The notes below the pieces were generated by a model, which saw nothing but the letters and a program-made list of their open reading frames with translations, was not told the origin of the DNA and searched no databases. From assembly GCF_963921235.1 (NCBI RefSeq), contig NC_086103.1, positions 163,060,001 to 163,124,000 on the forward strand: a DNA stretch of 64,000 bases, in the 5' to 3' direction. Each line of letters starts with the position of its first letter. The first letter of the stretch is position 1. A program made the translations under genes and the position numbers. Shown here one piece after another: positions 25,601 to 36,541 of this stretch. Origin of the DNA: Mobula hypostoma (Eukaryota).

Positions 25601-28600
25601 AAGAAAAGTAACGTAAATGTAATATCCAATGCCAACCAGCCAGAAGATATTTCCGACAAAGCAAGCAACAAGTCCATCTTTAATAATGATATCTGCAAAG
25701 AAAAGAATTACATGAAGTATTTAAATATTTATCTACATTACCTGCATGTAAAATAAACTATTTGCATCACAATAGATTCCTTTAAAAGAGCTACGAAAAG
25801 ATCTGAAAGCTGTAGTATCATTTGTTACTTAAATAATAGTTCTTAAACTATAATCCCCGGCCGCAAACCCACTGTGAACACTTTCCCCATTATACTTCTG
25901 TCTCTTATTCCTAGAAAACTAATGGAAACTGTTTAACATTGACTATCTTGTCTCCATCTTGAGTACTAGCATACAAAGGACATCTTCAGGGAGCGGTGTC
26001 TCAGCAAAGAAACATCCATTATTAAGGATCTCCAGTACCCAGGGCATGCCCTTCTCTCTCTGTTACCATCAGGTAGGAGGTACAGAAGCCTGAAGGCACA
26101 CACTCAGCGATTCAGGAACAGCTTCTTCCCCTCTGCCATTAGATTCCTAAATGGACATTGAATCTGTGAACACTACCTCACTTCGTTAATATGTATTATT
26201 TCTGTTTTTTTGCACAATTTTAGATCTATTCAATATATGTATACTGTAACTGATTTACTTATTTATTATTATTTATTTTCTTCTATATTGCGCATTGCAT
26301 TGAACTGCTGCTGCTAAGTTAACAAATTTCATGACACATGCTAGTGATAACAGAAATCTTGCGGAACTTTTTCAAATCTTTTCTGCTCTGAAGTCCAATT
26401 TTCCAAACTAACTTTGCTGCTAAAATCCTTAATTCCTGAACTAATTTAACAGGTAAGAATATAAGAAACAGGAAGCAGTCAGGAGAAGGAAGGGCAAGAA
26501 GCAGATGCTAGAGAGTACCCCAGTGGCTGTCCCTTTTAACAATACGTAACAATAAGTACTCCTGTTTGAGCACTGTTGGGGAAGATGGCCTACGTGGGGG
26601 TAGCAACAGTTATCGCGCCTCTGGCAAAGAGTCTGGCCCTGTGGCTCAGAAGGGTAGGGAAAGGAAGAAGATGGCAGCAGTGATAGGGGGCTCTATAGTT
26701 GGGGGGCCAGACAGGCGATTCTGTGGATGCAGGAAAGAAACATGGATGGTAGTTTGCCTCCCAGGTGCTGGGGTCCGGGATGTTTCTGATCGCATCCATG
26801 ATATCCTGAAGTGGGAAGGAGAACAGCCAAAGGTCGTGGTACATATTGGTACCAACGACATAGGTAGGAAAAAGGAGGTGGTCCTGAAAGCAGACTACAG
26901 GGAGTGAGGAAGGAAGCTGAGAAGCAGGACCTCAGAGATAGTAATCTCAGGATTACTGCCTGTGCCACGGACAGTGAGTATAGGAATAGAGTGAGGTGGA
27001 GCATAAATGCATGGCTGAGGGATTGGAGCAGGGGGCAGGGATTCAGAGCTCCCAGCCCTGAAGGACACCTACAGCTTACACTGCCTAAGGAAAACTACAA
27101 ACATCTGTAAGGACAATACACACCCATGCAATCATCTGTTTGAACTTTTTCCATCTGGCAGACGTTATAAGATTTTCTATGCCCGCACTTCCAGACTGAA
27201 AAATAGCTTTTTCCCCCAGAGCTATAATTGCTCTGAAGCAATTGATCAAGCATCATCCATAAATTTGTTATATTGCTACTTTAATTCTGTTTTTATGGCT
27301 GTCATGCACCTGAGTTGTGTTTTTGTACTGCAGGACATGGCTTGTACTGGCTGGTTACTTGATTTTATTTATTTTATTTGTTGTTTTATAGCATTGAGTA
27401 TGAGAGTTGCAAACTCATTTTCGCTGTATTGGTGCATGACAAATTGTACTATGCAATGACAATAAAGATATTGCATTTCAGATTTCTGGATCATTGGGAC
27501 CTCTTCTGGGCCAGGTGTGACCTGCACAAAAAGGATGGGTTGCACTTGAATCTGAGGGGGACCAATACCCGGCGGGGAGGCTTGCAAAGGCTATTGGGGA
27601 GGGTTTAAACTAGAATTGTTGGGGGGTAGGAACCAAACTGAAGTGACAGAGGAAATATACATTGGCTCACAAAGAGAGAAAGCTTGGAGACAGTGCAAAA
27701 GGGAGGATAGACAGGTGATAGAGAAGGGACGCGCTCAGACTGATGGTTTGAGATGTGTCTATTTTAATGCGAGGAGTATTATGAATAAAGTGGATGAGCT
27801 TAGAGCGTGGATCAGCACTTGGAGCTATGATGTTGTGGCCATTACAGAGATTTGGATGGTGCAGGGGCAGGAATGGCTACTTCAAGTGCCAGGCTTTAGA
27901 TTTTTCAGAAAGAACAGGGAGGGAGGCAAAAGAGGTGGGGGCGTGGCACTGTTGATCAGAGATAGTGTCACGGCTGCAGAAAAGGAGGAAGTCATGGAGG
28001 GGTTGTGTACGGAGTCTCTGTGGGTGGAAGTTAGGAATAGGAAGGGGTCAATAACTCTACTGGGTGCTTTTTATAGACGACCCAATAGGGAGTAATAGTA
28101 ACAGGGTTGATATGGTGGGAGATTTTAATTTCCCAAATATTGATTGTCATCTCCCTAGAGTGAGGGGTTTAGATAGGGTGGAGTTTGTTAGGTGTGTTCA
28201 GGAAGGTTTCTTGACACAATATGTAGATAACCCTACAAGAGGAGAGGTACTGATTTGGCATTGGGAAATGAACCTGGACAGGTGTCAGGTCTCTCAGTGG
28301 GAGAGTATTTTGGAGATCACAATTCTACTCCTTTCCCATAGCACTGGAGAGGGATAGGAACAGACAAGTTAGGGAAACGTTTAATTGGAGTAAGGGGAAA
28401 TATGAGGCTAACAGGCGGGAACTTGGAATCTTAAATTGGGAACAGATGTTCTCAGGGAAACTTTCGGAAGAAATGTGGCAAATCTTCAGGGGATACTTGC
28501 GTGGGGTTCTGCGTAGGTACGTTCCAATGAGACAGGGAAAGGATGGTAGGGTATGGGAACCGTGGTGTACAAAGGCTGTTGTAAATCTAGTCAAGAAGAA

Positions 28601-31600
28601 GAGCTTACAAAAGGTTCAAAAAACTAGGAAATGATAGAGATCTAGAAGATTATAAGGCTGGCAGGAAGGAGCTTAAGAATGAAATTAGGACAGCCAGAAG
28701 GGACCATGAGAAGGCCTTGGCGGACAGGATTAAGGAAAACCCTAAGACGTTCTACAAGTATGTGAAAAGCAAGAGGATAAGACCGTGAGAGAATAGGACC
28801 AAATAAGTGTGACAGTGGAAAAGTGTGTATGGAACCAGAGGAAATGGCAGAGATACTTAATGAATACTTTGCTTCAGTATTCACTACGGAAAAGGATCTT
28901 GGCGATTGTAGGGATGACTTGCAGCGGATTGAAAAGCTTGAGCATGTAGATGTTAAGGGAGAGGACGCGCTGGAGCTTTTGGAAAGCATCAAGTTGGATA
29001 AGTCACCGGGTCCAGACGGGATGTACCCCAGGCTACCTTGGGAAGCGAAGGAGGAGATTGCTGAGCCTCTGGCGATGATCTTTGCATCATCAATGGGGAC
29101 GGGAGAGGTTTCGCAGGATTGGAGGGTTGCAGATGTTGTTCCCTTATTCAAGAAAGGGGGTAGAAATAGCCCAGGAAATTATACACCAGTGAGTCTTACT
29201 GGTTGATGGAGAAGAACCTGAGAGGCAGGACTTATGAACATTTGGAGAAGCATAACATAATTAGGAATAGTCACCATGGCTTTGTCAAAGACAAGTCGTG
29301 ATTGAATTTTTTGAGGATGTGACTAAATACATTGATGAGGGTAGAGCCGTAGATGTCGTGTATATGGATTTTAGCAAGATAAGGTACCCCATGCAAGGCT
29401 TATTGAGAAAGTAAGGTGGCATAGGATCCAAGGGGACATTGCTTTGTGGATCCAGAACTGGGTTGCCCACAGAAGGCAGAGTGGTTGTAGACGGGTCATA
29501 TTCTGCATGGAGGCCAGTCACCAGCAGTGTGCCTCAGGGATCTGTTCTGGTACCCCTACTATTCGTGATTTTTATAAATGACCTGGATGAGGAAGTAGAG
29601 GGATGGGTTAGTAAATTTGCTGATGATACAAAGATTGAGGGTGTTGTGGATAGTGTGGAGGGCTGTCAGAGGTTAGAGTGGGACATTGATAGGATGCAAA
29701 TCTGGGCTAAGAAGTGGCAGATGGAGTTCAACGCAGGTAAGTGTGAGGTGGTTCATTTTGGTAGGTCAAATATGATGGCAGAATACAACACTAATGGCAA
29801 GACTCTTGACAGTATGGAGGATCAGAAGGATCCTGGGGTCTGTGTCCATAGGACACTCAAAGCTGCTGCGCAAATTGACTCTGTGGTTAAGAAGGCATAT
29901 GGAGCATTGGCCTTCATCAATCGTGGGATTGAGTTTAAGAGCTGAGAGGTAATGATGCAGCTATATAGGACCCTGGTCAGACCCCACTTGGAGTACTGTG
30001 CTCAGTTCTGATTGCCTCACTACAGGAAGGACGTGGAAACCATAGAAAGGGTGCAGAGGATACTTACAAGGATGTTGCCTGGATTGGGGAGCATGCCTTA
30101 TGAGAATAGGCTGAGTGAACTCGGCATTTTTTCCTTGGGAGAGACTGATGACAGGTGACCTGATAGAGGTGTACAAGATAATCAGAGGCATTGATCGTGT
30201 GGATAGTCAGAGGCTTTTTCCCAGGACTGAAATGGCTAGCACGAGAGGGCATAGTTTTAAGGTGCTTGGAGGCAGGTACAGAGAAGATGTCAGGGGTAAG
30301 TTTTTTATGCAGAGAGTGGTGAGTGCATGGAATGGGCTGCTGGCAGCGGTGGAGGAGGTGGATACGATAGGGTCTTTTAAGAGACTCCTGAATGGATACA
30401 TGGAGCTTAGAAAAAGAGGGCTATGGGTAAGCCTAGGTAGTGCTAAGGTAGGGACACGTTCGGTACAGCTTTGTGGGCCGAAGGTCCTGTATTGTGCTGT
30501 AGGTTTTCTATGTTTCTATGAAGAGGAGATGATCATTCTGCCCACTGTTCTTTACCCACCATTCAAAAAGATCATGGCTGAACTTTAACTTCAGAGCCAC
30601 TTTCCAACATAAAGGCTTTTAATACTACATTATTTTATTTATTTATTTAGCAATACAGCGAGTAGTAGACCCTTCAAGCCACACTGCTCCAGCAACCCAC
30701 GGCAAACCCAATTAACCCTAACCTAATCACAGGACAAGTTACAATCACCAATTAACCTATTTGGTGTGTCTTTGGACCATGGGATGAAACATGAGGACCT
30801 GGACAAAACCCACGCGTTCCATGAGAAGGATGTACTAAACTGTTTCCTTTAAGCATGATTTTTCATTCATAAATTTGTCTGACAGCCTATTCAGATTATT
30901 ATTGTCCCTGTTATCACTGTTCGAATAATAGATTCTAACACCTCCCTACCACTTAAATCACGTTAACTGGTCAGTAGTTCCCTGATTTTTCTGTATTTAC
31001 ATTTGTTACTTTTGAATGCGTGAAAACTGTTCCAAGCTGATAATTTGTACATCTATTAATTTTATCAACCTTGGGAGAATGGTCATCAGATATATAGAAA
31101 ATCTTTCATTTCTTCTTCCAGATTGAATTTATTCATTTCCCACTCTGTAAAACCTCCTCTGACTGATCTGAAACCTGTGGCACAGCTTGTTCCAAGAAAT
31201 GAGCAGCAGAAGAGATTTGTGAACAGCTTCTGTTGCCTATCATTACAAGTTGATGTTCGCACCATTAACACCATCGCTAATTATGCTTGATTAGTGTTAA
31301 TCTCAAAAATTGTTTCTCCTCCTCCAACTCTAATATTTAGTGTTTTCTTAATATATAGATAAAATTTATTCTGGAACAACTTTGAAGTATTTTGTAATGC
31401 TTGCGAAAAAAAGGTTCTTTGACAAAGGACTTACGGTTAATGAAGAACAATTGAAAAAAATGCAATATGACAAGAAGAGGATAGAAAGCATTTAGATGAA
31501 TGTCAAAGGCATAGCCCCATTCCACATCATAGCCTTTACTCTGAGGCTTCATCAAATATCTGTTGGTGATAAACCTAGAAACAAAATATAACACTCTTTA

Positions 31601-34600
31601 CGTTGACAGCAACTTGGGGGCATTATAAACATTTTCATATACAGATAGTTCCAACAGTTGTCTAAGGTAAACAAAGTGGGTAAAAGCAAGGACAGTTTAT
31701 AGCTATGTTCCAAGGGGGCATAAAGATAATGGCTGAAATTCTAATGATCTGGTATCGTCAGTAGCATGAGGAAGAACAATAAACGGGAGTTAAATAAATG
31801 CTGGAGTATGGATCAATGTATACACAACAAGGTCAATTAGGGATTCTTCATCTGAGACGGCAATGCACTGATGATTAAGGAACCAATGGCAGTTGGTATG
31901 GTGATGGATGTGTGAGATAAACACATTGTGAGGGGGAGAATATTTCAGGTACTTTTGGGCACAAGACTTCTCAAATGAGGAAAGATAGCAACAAGAGAAG
32001 GTTCACTTCAGAAGGAAATCAACAAATTAGCACAATGCACATGCAAATACAATTGTCCAGGAGATCTAGAACGGAACCTAGAAAAACAGATGGGAAAAAA
32101 AAACTTGTGGCGTATGTTGGAACCAACAACATAAAAACAGTTAAATGTTCCATTAAGGACTTCTATGAGAATATTAATATTTCGGGGGCTACTCAAGATG
32201 TATAATTGAATAAGGGATGATCAACTCAGGACAGTAAAGGCAGGCTTGAAAAGCTGTTCGGCAGAATGGTGACCTGGGAAAACTCCACACAGTCTAGGCA
32301 CTGAATTTTAGATTCAAGGTTAAGATATATCGATCTAATGTCTACCACATTTACCAAGATGAGGACAAACCTTAATCTCAAAACACTGTGTATTGCAGAC
32401 TAATATTCAAAAAGGAAATCTCATCTCATCTTCATTTAAAATTCATTAATTTAAATGAGTTGTTAATTTGCATTCTGTATAATAAATACATTATTTATTC
32501 TACACTATTTTGTCACAGTCTCCAAATTCAAACAGTACCAACTTTGATTTTTTTATCTTGCAAATATACAATATTTCTTTACAAAGAATGCTAGTTTGTG
32601 CAAAATTTCTGCCAAGGCCAAAGTTTTCATTTTCAAACAAATTCAAAGAACAAAATACTGTTGCTATTTAAATTAAATTATTTTACATTTAGTATTTAGG
32701 TTACAAGGCATTCAGCTAAGCTATAAAGCCCTGTTGATAGGTATGCAGATAAACAGGCAAAAGCACAGTTAAATTTGGTTCTCACACACCCAAAGCTAGA
32801 AAGAACTAACATCAACTGTTTTAAAAACTCACCACATTAATGTTGCAATCAGTAGTCCAACTCCAATGCAGTCAATGAATACAACCCACAGTAAAAGCTT
32901 TATTGTTTCAAAAAATCCCATTCCTAATACAAATCCAAAACCAATGGTAGAAGCTGTGAAGAAAAATTAACCCCATGTTGAATTCTACCAGATTGTCAGC
33001 ATAATGCATTACTTTCACTTAATCAAGCTACTCAGTTGCAAATGACAATTTTTAAATGGTGTGAAGTTCCAAAAATGAACCAAAACAGTCATATGGTTTT
33101 ATAAATACACTTACAGCTGTCCTTCCATCTTTTATGGTCTGTAGCACATTCGCTCTGTGTTTGATCAATAGTTTATCAATGCTTTTTATAGATTCCACTC
33201 TGTTCAGCATTTTTATCCCTTGAAAGGACTATCTTTAATTCTGAATTTCTTCCAGCATTCTCCATCTCATTCCCAGTTCAGCACCATTCTACATAACCAA
33301 GTCTGTTCAACTTTAAATCTTTCATGCATTCATTTGCACGTCCTTTTTAATTACCACTCTGAATCTAAGCCAATCATTTCTTTCACTTTACTTTTTATTA
33401 AATACATATATTTTTTAAAAACTCCTTGATCTATGTTCTCTTATAATCCCTCCCCTATCTCATCACTCTCATATCCAGGTCCTCAACCATGCTAAAGTAC
33501 AGGACAATCAAGGAGTACTGCACAGTTGGATCCTATACCTATACTTTAGCATAAGGAGCTATACCTGATGCCTTTCCGGGTTTGGCTCCCTTTGCTGAGT
33601 TTTCTCTGAATAACTTGTTGATGCATTTACTATTTCAGGAGATTTCTACTGCTACTAACCTCTTATCAGTATAACCACTGGACTAGATGCTGCCAACCTG
33701 CCTCCTATCCAACTCATCTTATGTAGGGCAATCTGCCAGTAGAATATCTATCAGCACCCTCCTGCACACCTGCTCTTCAACATCCATTCACTTCACTGGG
33801 TTATTCTAAGACCAAGTGGCATTCTTGGTCTTAGAATAATCCAAATGACAACTGTACTTTTTCCCATAGATGTTGCCTGGCCTGCTGACTTCCTCCAGCA
33901 TCTTGTGTGTGTTGCTTATTTTCAGCCCTTTTTTTTTTAAAATCAAGAGAAAGAAAATAATACGAGAAATGAAAAGAATGAAAATGATATAACTACTCTT
34001 ATAATGACTAGCATAATGGCCTCCTTTAATGCCACAAATATCCTATGAGTCTTGATACCAAATCAAACATGTCAGTCTATCCCTGTTCCACTCTCTCATC
34101 CTTTAACTATCTCAACTTGTTGCATAGCTCTTGCTTCTTACTTAAAATTCTCAATTTTTAAAATCACTGAAGTACAACCATTACACTTTCAATGCTCTCC
34201 TCCACAAACCGCATCATTGAGTGACTTCTCATCCATGACTTCAATCTCATGCTGTTTCCTGAGTTCAATGCCTTCCCATCCTCCCTTAATCCCTTCTTCC
34301 ATGTAAATTCACTCAACTACATCCAGTTGCCCCATTCACCATGTCACCTACAAGACTTGTTCCTGAAGCCTCAGTCCCAAATACAATAATCTCTTTGTAT
34401 TATTGTCCATTCATATTCCCTTTTGAATCCTCTGCTCATCTGTTCATCGGTTGATTATTTGGCACTTTCTAGTACCCAATTCATATGCTCAGCTAATTCT
34501 ATTTCATTACACTGAATGTGGTTTTTAAATAAAGGGTACATACTTTAACAGCTAACTCATTATGGAAATCAAATACTTGCCATTACATAATACAATGACC

Positions 34601-36541
34601 CCAAATCAGTAAAAATAAGGTGCCTACTATTTAAACGCAAACAACAGGAATTCTGCAGATGCTGGAAATTCAAGCAACACACATCAAAGTTGCTGGTGAA
34701 CGCAGCAGGCCAGGCAGCATCAGTAGGAAGAGGTGCAGTCGACGTTTCAGGCCGAGACCCTTCGTCAGGACTAACTGAAGGAAGAGTGAGTAAGGGATTT
34801 GAAAGTGGGAGGGAGAGGGGGAGATCCAAAATGATAGGAGAAGACAGGAGAGGGAGGGATGGAGCCAAGAGCTGGACAGGTGATAGGCAAAAGGGGATAC
34901 GAGAGGATCATGGGACAGGAGGTCCGGGAAGAAAGACAAGGGGGGGGACCCCAGAGGATGGGCAAGAGGTATATTCGGAGGGACAGAGGGAGAAAAAGGA
35001 GAGTGAGAGAAAGAATGTGTGCATAAAAATAAGTAACAGATGGGGTACGAGGGGGAGGTGGGGCCTTAGCGGAAGTTAGAGAAGTCGATGTTCATGCCAT
35101 CAGGTTGGAGGCTACCCAGACGGAATATAAGGTGTAGTTCCTCCAACCTGAGTGTGGCTTCATCTTTACAGTGGAAGAGGCCGTGGATAGACATGTCAGA
35201 ATGGGAATGGGATGTGGAATGAAAATGTGTGGCCACTGGGAGATCCTGCTTTCTCTGGCGGACAGAGCGTAGATGTTCAGCAAAGCGGTCTCCCAGTCTG
35301 CGTCGGGTCTCGCCAATATATAAAAGGCCACATCGGGAGCACCGGACGCAGTATATCACCCCAGCCGACTCACAGGTGAAGTGTTGCCTCACCTGGAAGG
35401 ACTGTTTGGGGCCCTGAATGGTGGTAAGGGAGGAAGTGTAAGGGCATGTGTAGCACTATGCTGCCTGGCCTGCTGCATTCACCAGCAACTTTGATGTGTG
35501 TTGCCTACTATTTAAGATGTTTCTTCCATAGTCATAATCTAATATTAGTTTCTAATGCCACAGAAGGATTATGTCATAATTCTACAACAACAATACCAGG
35601 GTAAAAGCAATATAGTTCTGATTAAACTTGGAAAATCATCATTAAATTTACTTCAACAGAGAATCTCAAGGTGAACTAACAATATTAAAGGTTAATTGAA
35701 GACAAATAGTAAAAATTAAACATTCAGTGGCCTAATAACAAGAAGGTATAATTTTAGGATTAATAAAATCATAATAGGAGTAATTAGAAGAATATTCTCA
35801 CAGAGGAACCCCAAGTGGCAATTATACATCTAAGAGAGTCAGATATTGAGAAAAATAAGGAAATTAAGTGGGTATTGGAGCTAGATTGGGAGAGTTGTCC
35901 TAATTAGTACTGAAATTTCTATGATTCTGAGATCATCATAAAATTTACAAGAAATTAAGTATAATGCATTCTCTGGATAAGTAAATTGCTAGATCTTCTT
36001 ATCTTCATTCTTAGTGCAAAATACAAACTTTAAAACGCAAAGTCTGGGATAGATATTTGCTGTTCCGAGGCCGAGTTGCCCAGCATGGATGGAAAGCATG
36101 CTGGATTCGAACCTCGCCTCGAAGTCCGGTGCAGATGCCACAACACCACCAATCGGTATTGGAATCGATATATCCTTGTATAACTATGCAGTTGTACACT
36201 TCATATCATCAAATAATTGGGCTTCTTAAAATGGAAACTTTTTTTGCAAAAGGATACTTACCACACAACCAGATACTAAGCAAAACTAGGAAGGCTGGGT
36301 CATCTCTGGCCCACTGGTCTTTAGTCTGTTTTCTGTAATGAAAGTTTCTGTATACCATCTGTGGGGAGGTAAATAGGTACAACATCTGCCACATAGCAAA
36401 TTCAAAATCCATTTGTTTAACGCGAAAAAGGCGCCTGAGGTATTTGTATCGTTTGGCTCCAGCTGTATGTCGTGCAGATTCCCGAGAATTTAGGGCACCA
36501 TTCCCCTGACTGCTGGGACTATATGTTGTTGTTGGTAACAT
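22552..36541 (-). CDS. UNC50: UNC50 (Golgi / inner nuclear membrane multi-pass protein, Gmh1 family), 259 aa; complement(join(22552..22688,25591..25692,31435..31574,32833..32953,36262..36541))
   Basis: Five GT-AG exons of 280+121+140+102+137 = 780 nt give an uninterrupted 259-aa ORF: MLPTTT...KQMDFEFAMWQMLYL...KQTKDQWARDDPAFLVLL...DVEWGYAFDIHLNAFYP...GYYIYVTFLGYSALPFLKNT...GWNFTKGLCWFYKYRVQ*. Confidence 0.97.
22830..23349. mobile_element. Tc1/mariner-type MITE (~520 bp) in the last UNC50 intron
   Basis: Right TIR acctaataaagtggccactgagtg + TA, degenerate left TIR; reverse-complement similar to 49187-49708. Confidence 0.75.
23752..25119. mobile_element. Penelope-like element, two divergent inverted arms, 13-bp TSD
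   Basis: GIY-YIG-like IYRIPCECRALYKGQMGRTVENRVKEH on the minus strand (24032-24325); homologous arm on the plus strand (~24550-25119); ATGTTTGGCTCAT at 23739-23751 and 25120-25132. Confidence 0.85.
25591..25692 (-). CDS. UNC50: UNC50 coding exon 4
   Basis: ttgcag|AT ATC ATT ... AGT G|gtaagc; (H)IIIKDGLVACFVGNIFWLVGIGYYIYVTFLGYS. Confidence 0.95.
25965..26350 (+). mobile_element. Rex1/Babar LINE 3' end
   Basis: Highly similar to 16390-16880 (gtacagaagcctgaaggc.cacactcagcgattcaggaacagcttcttcccctctgccat). Confidence 0.8.
26478..30520 (+). mobile_element. Near-full-length CR1 LINE (ORF1 SGNH-esterase part, ORF2 APE + RT), disabled, antisense within a UNC50 intron
   Basis: VIGGSIV..CLPGAGVRDV..VVVHIGTNDIG (esterase); YFNARSI..DVVAITE..GGGVALL..GDFNFP (APE); KSPGPDG, VPQGSVL, KFADDT (RT); TRGHSFK; tttctatgtttctatg tail; multiple stops and frameshifts. 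Confidence 0.93.
27048..27476 (+). mobile_element. LINE 3' fragment (Rex1-like) nested in CR1 ORF1
   Basis: HPCNHLFELFPSGRRY-like C-terminus and gcaatgacaataaag tail; TTCAGA repeated at 27042-27047 and 27477-27482; CR1 text rejoins across it. Confidence 0.7.
30630..30840 (-). mobile_element. tRNA-type SINE
   Basis: Same family and orientation as 12530-12730. Confidence 0.65.
31435..31574 (-). CDS. UNC50: UNC50 coding exon 3
   Basis: ttctag|G TTT ATC ... AAC C|gtaagt; FITNRYLMKPQSKGYDVEWGYAFDIHLNAFYPLLVILHFFQLFFIN. Confidence 0.95.
32833..32953 (-). CDS. UNC50: UNC50 coding exon 2
   Basis: cacag|CT TCT ACC ATT ... ATG TG|gtgagt; (A)STIGFGFVLGMGFFETIKLLLWVVFIDCIGVGLLIATLM(W). Confidence 0.95.
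34635..35501 (-). mobile_element. Young 5'-truncated Penelope-like element with GIY-YIG C-terminus, hammerhead, short inverted 5' piece and 14-bp TSD
   Basis: Open frame 35066-35392 GVIYCVRCSRCGLLYIGETRRRLGDRFAEH..LEE..LIFRLGSLQPDGMN; TGCCTACTATTTAA at 34621-34634 and 35502-35515; ~35458-35504 is the reverse complement of ~34674-34720. Confidence 0.92.
34737..34772 (-). ncRNA. Minimal type I hammerhead ribozyme (PLE-associated)
   Basis: Minus strand AGUC-CUGACGA-AGGGUCUCGGCCU-GAAACGUC/GACU: intact core, stem I AGUC:GACU, stem II AGG:CCU, palindromic ACGU in place of stem III. Confidence 0.75.
36055..36160 (-). mobile_element. tRNA-derived SINE fragment
   Basis: Minus strand ggtggtgttgtggcatctgc...ggttcgaatcc (A and B boxes); same family as 56860-57050. 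Confidence 0.6.
36262..36541 (-). CDS. UNC50: UNC50 coding exon 1 (gene exon 2)
   Basis: Acceptor ttggcag|caaaaATG (exon starts 36546); donor TGT G|gtaagt; 93 codons + 1 nt. Confidence 0.96.

Noticed and set aside
26566-26907. Stand-alone esterase gene
   Set aside because: It is CR1 ORF1, contiguous with APE-RT ORF2 and disrupted.
35066-35392. Host GIY-YIG nuclease gene
   Set aside because: 5'-truncated PLE between TSDs, with no promoter or true start.
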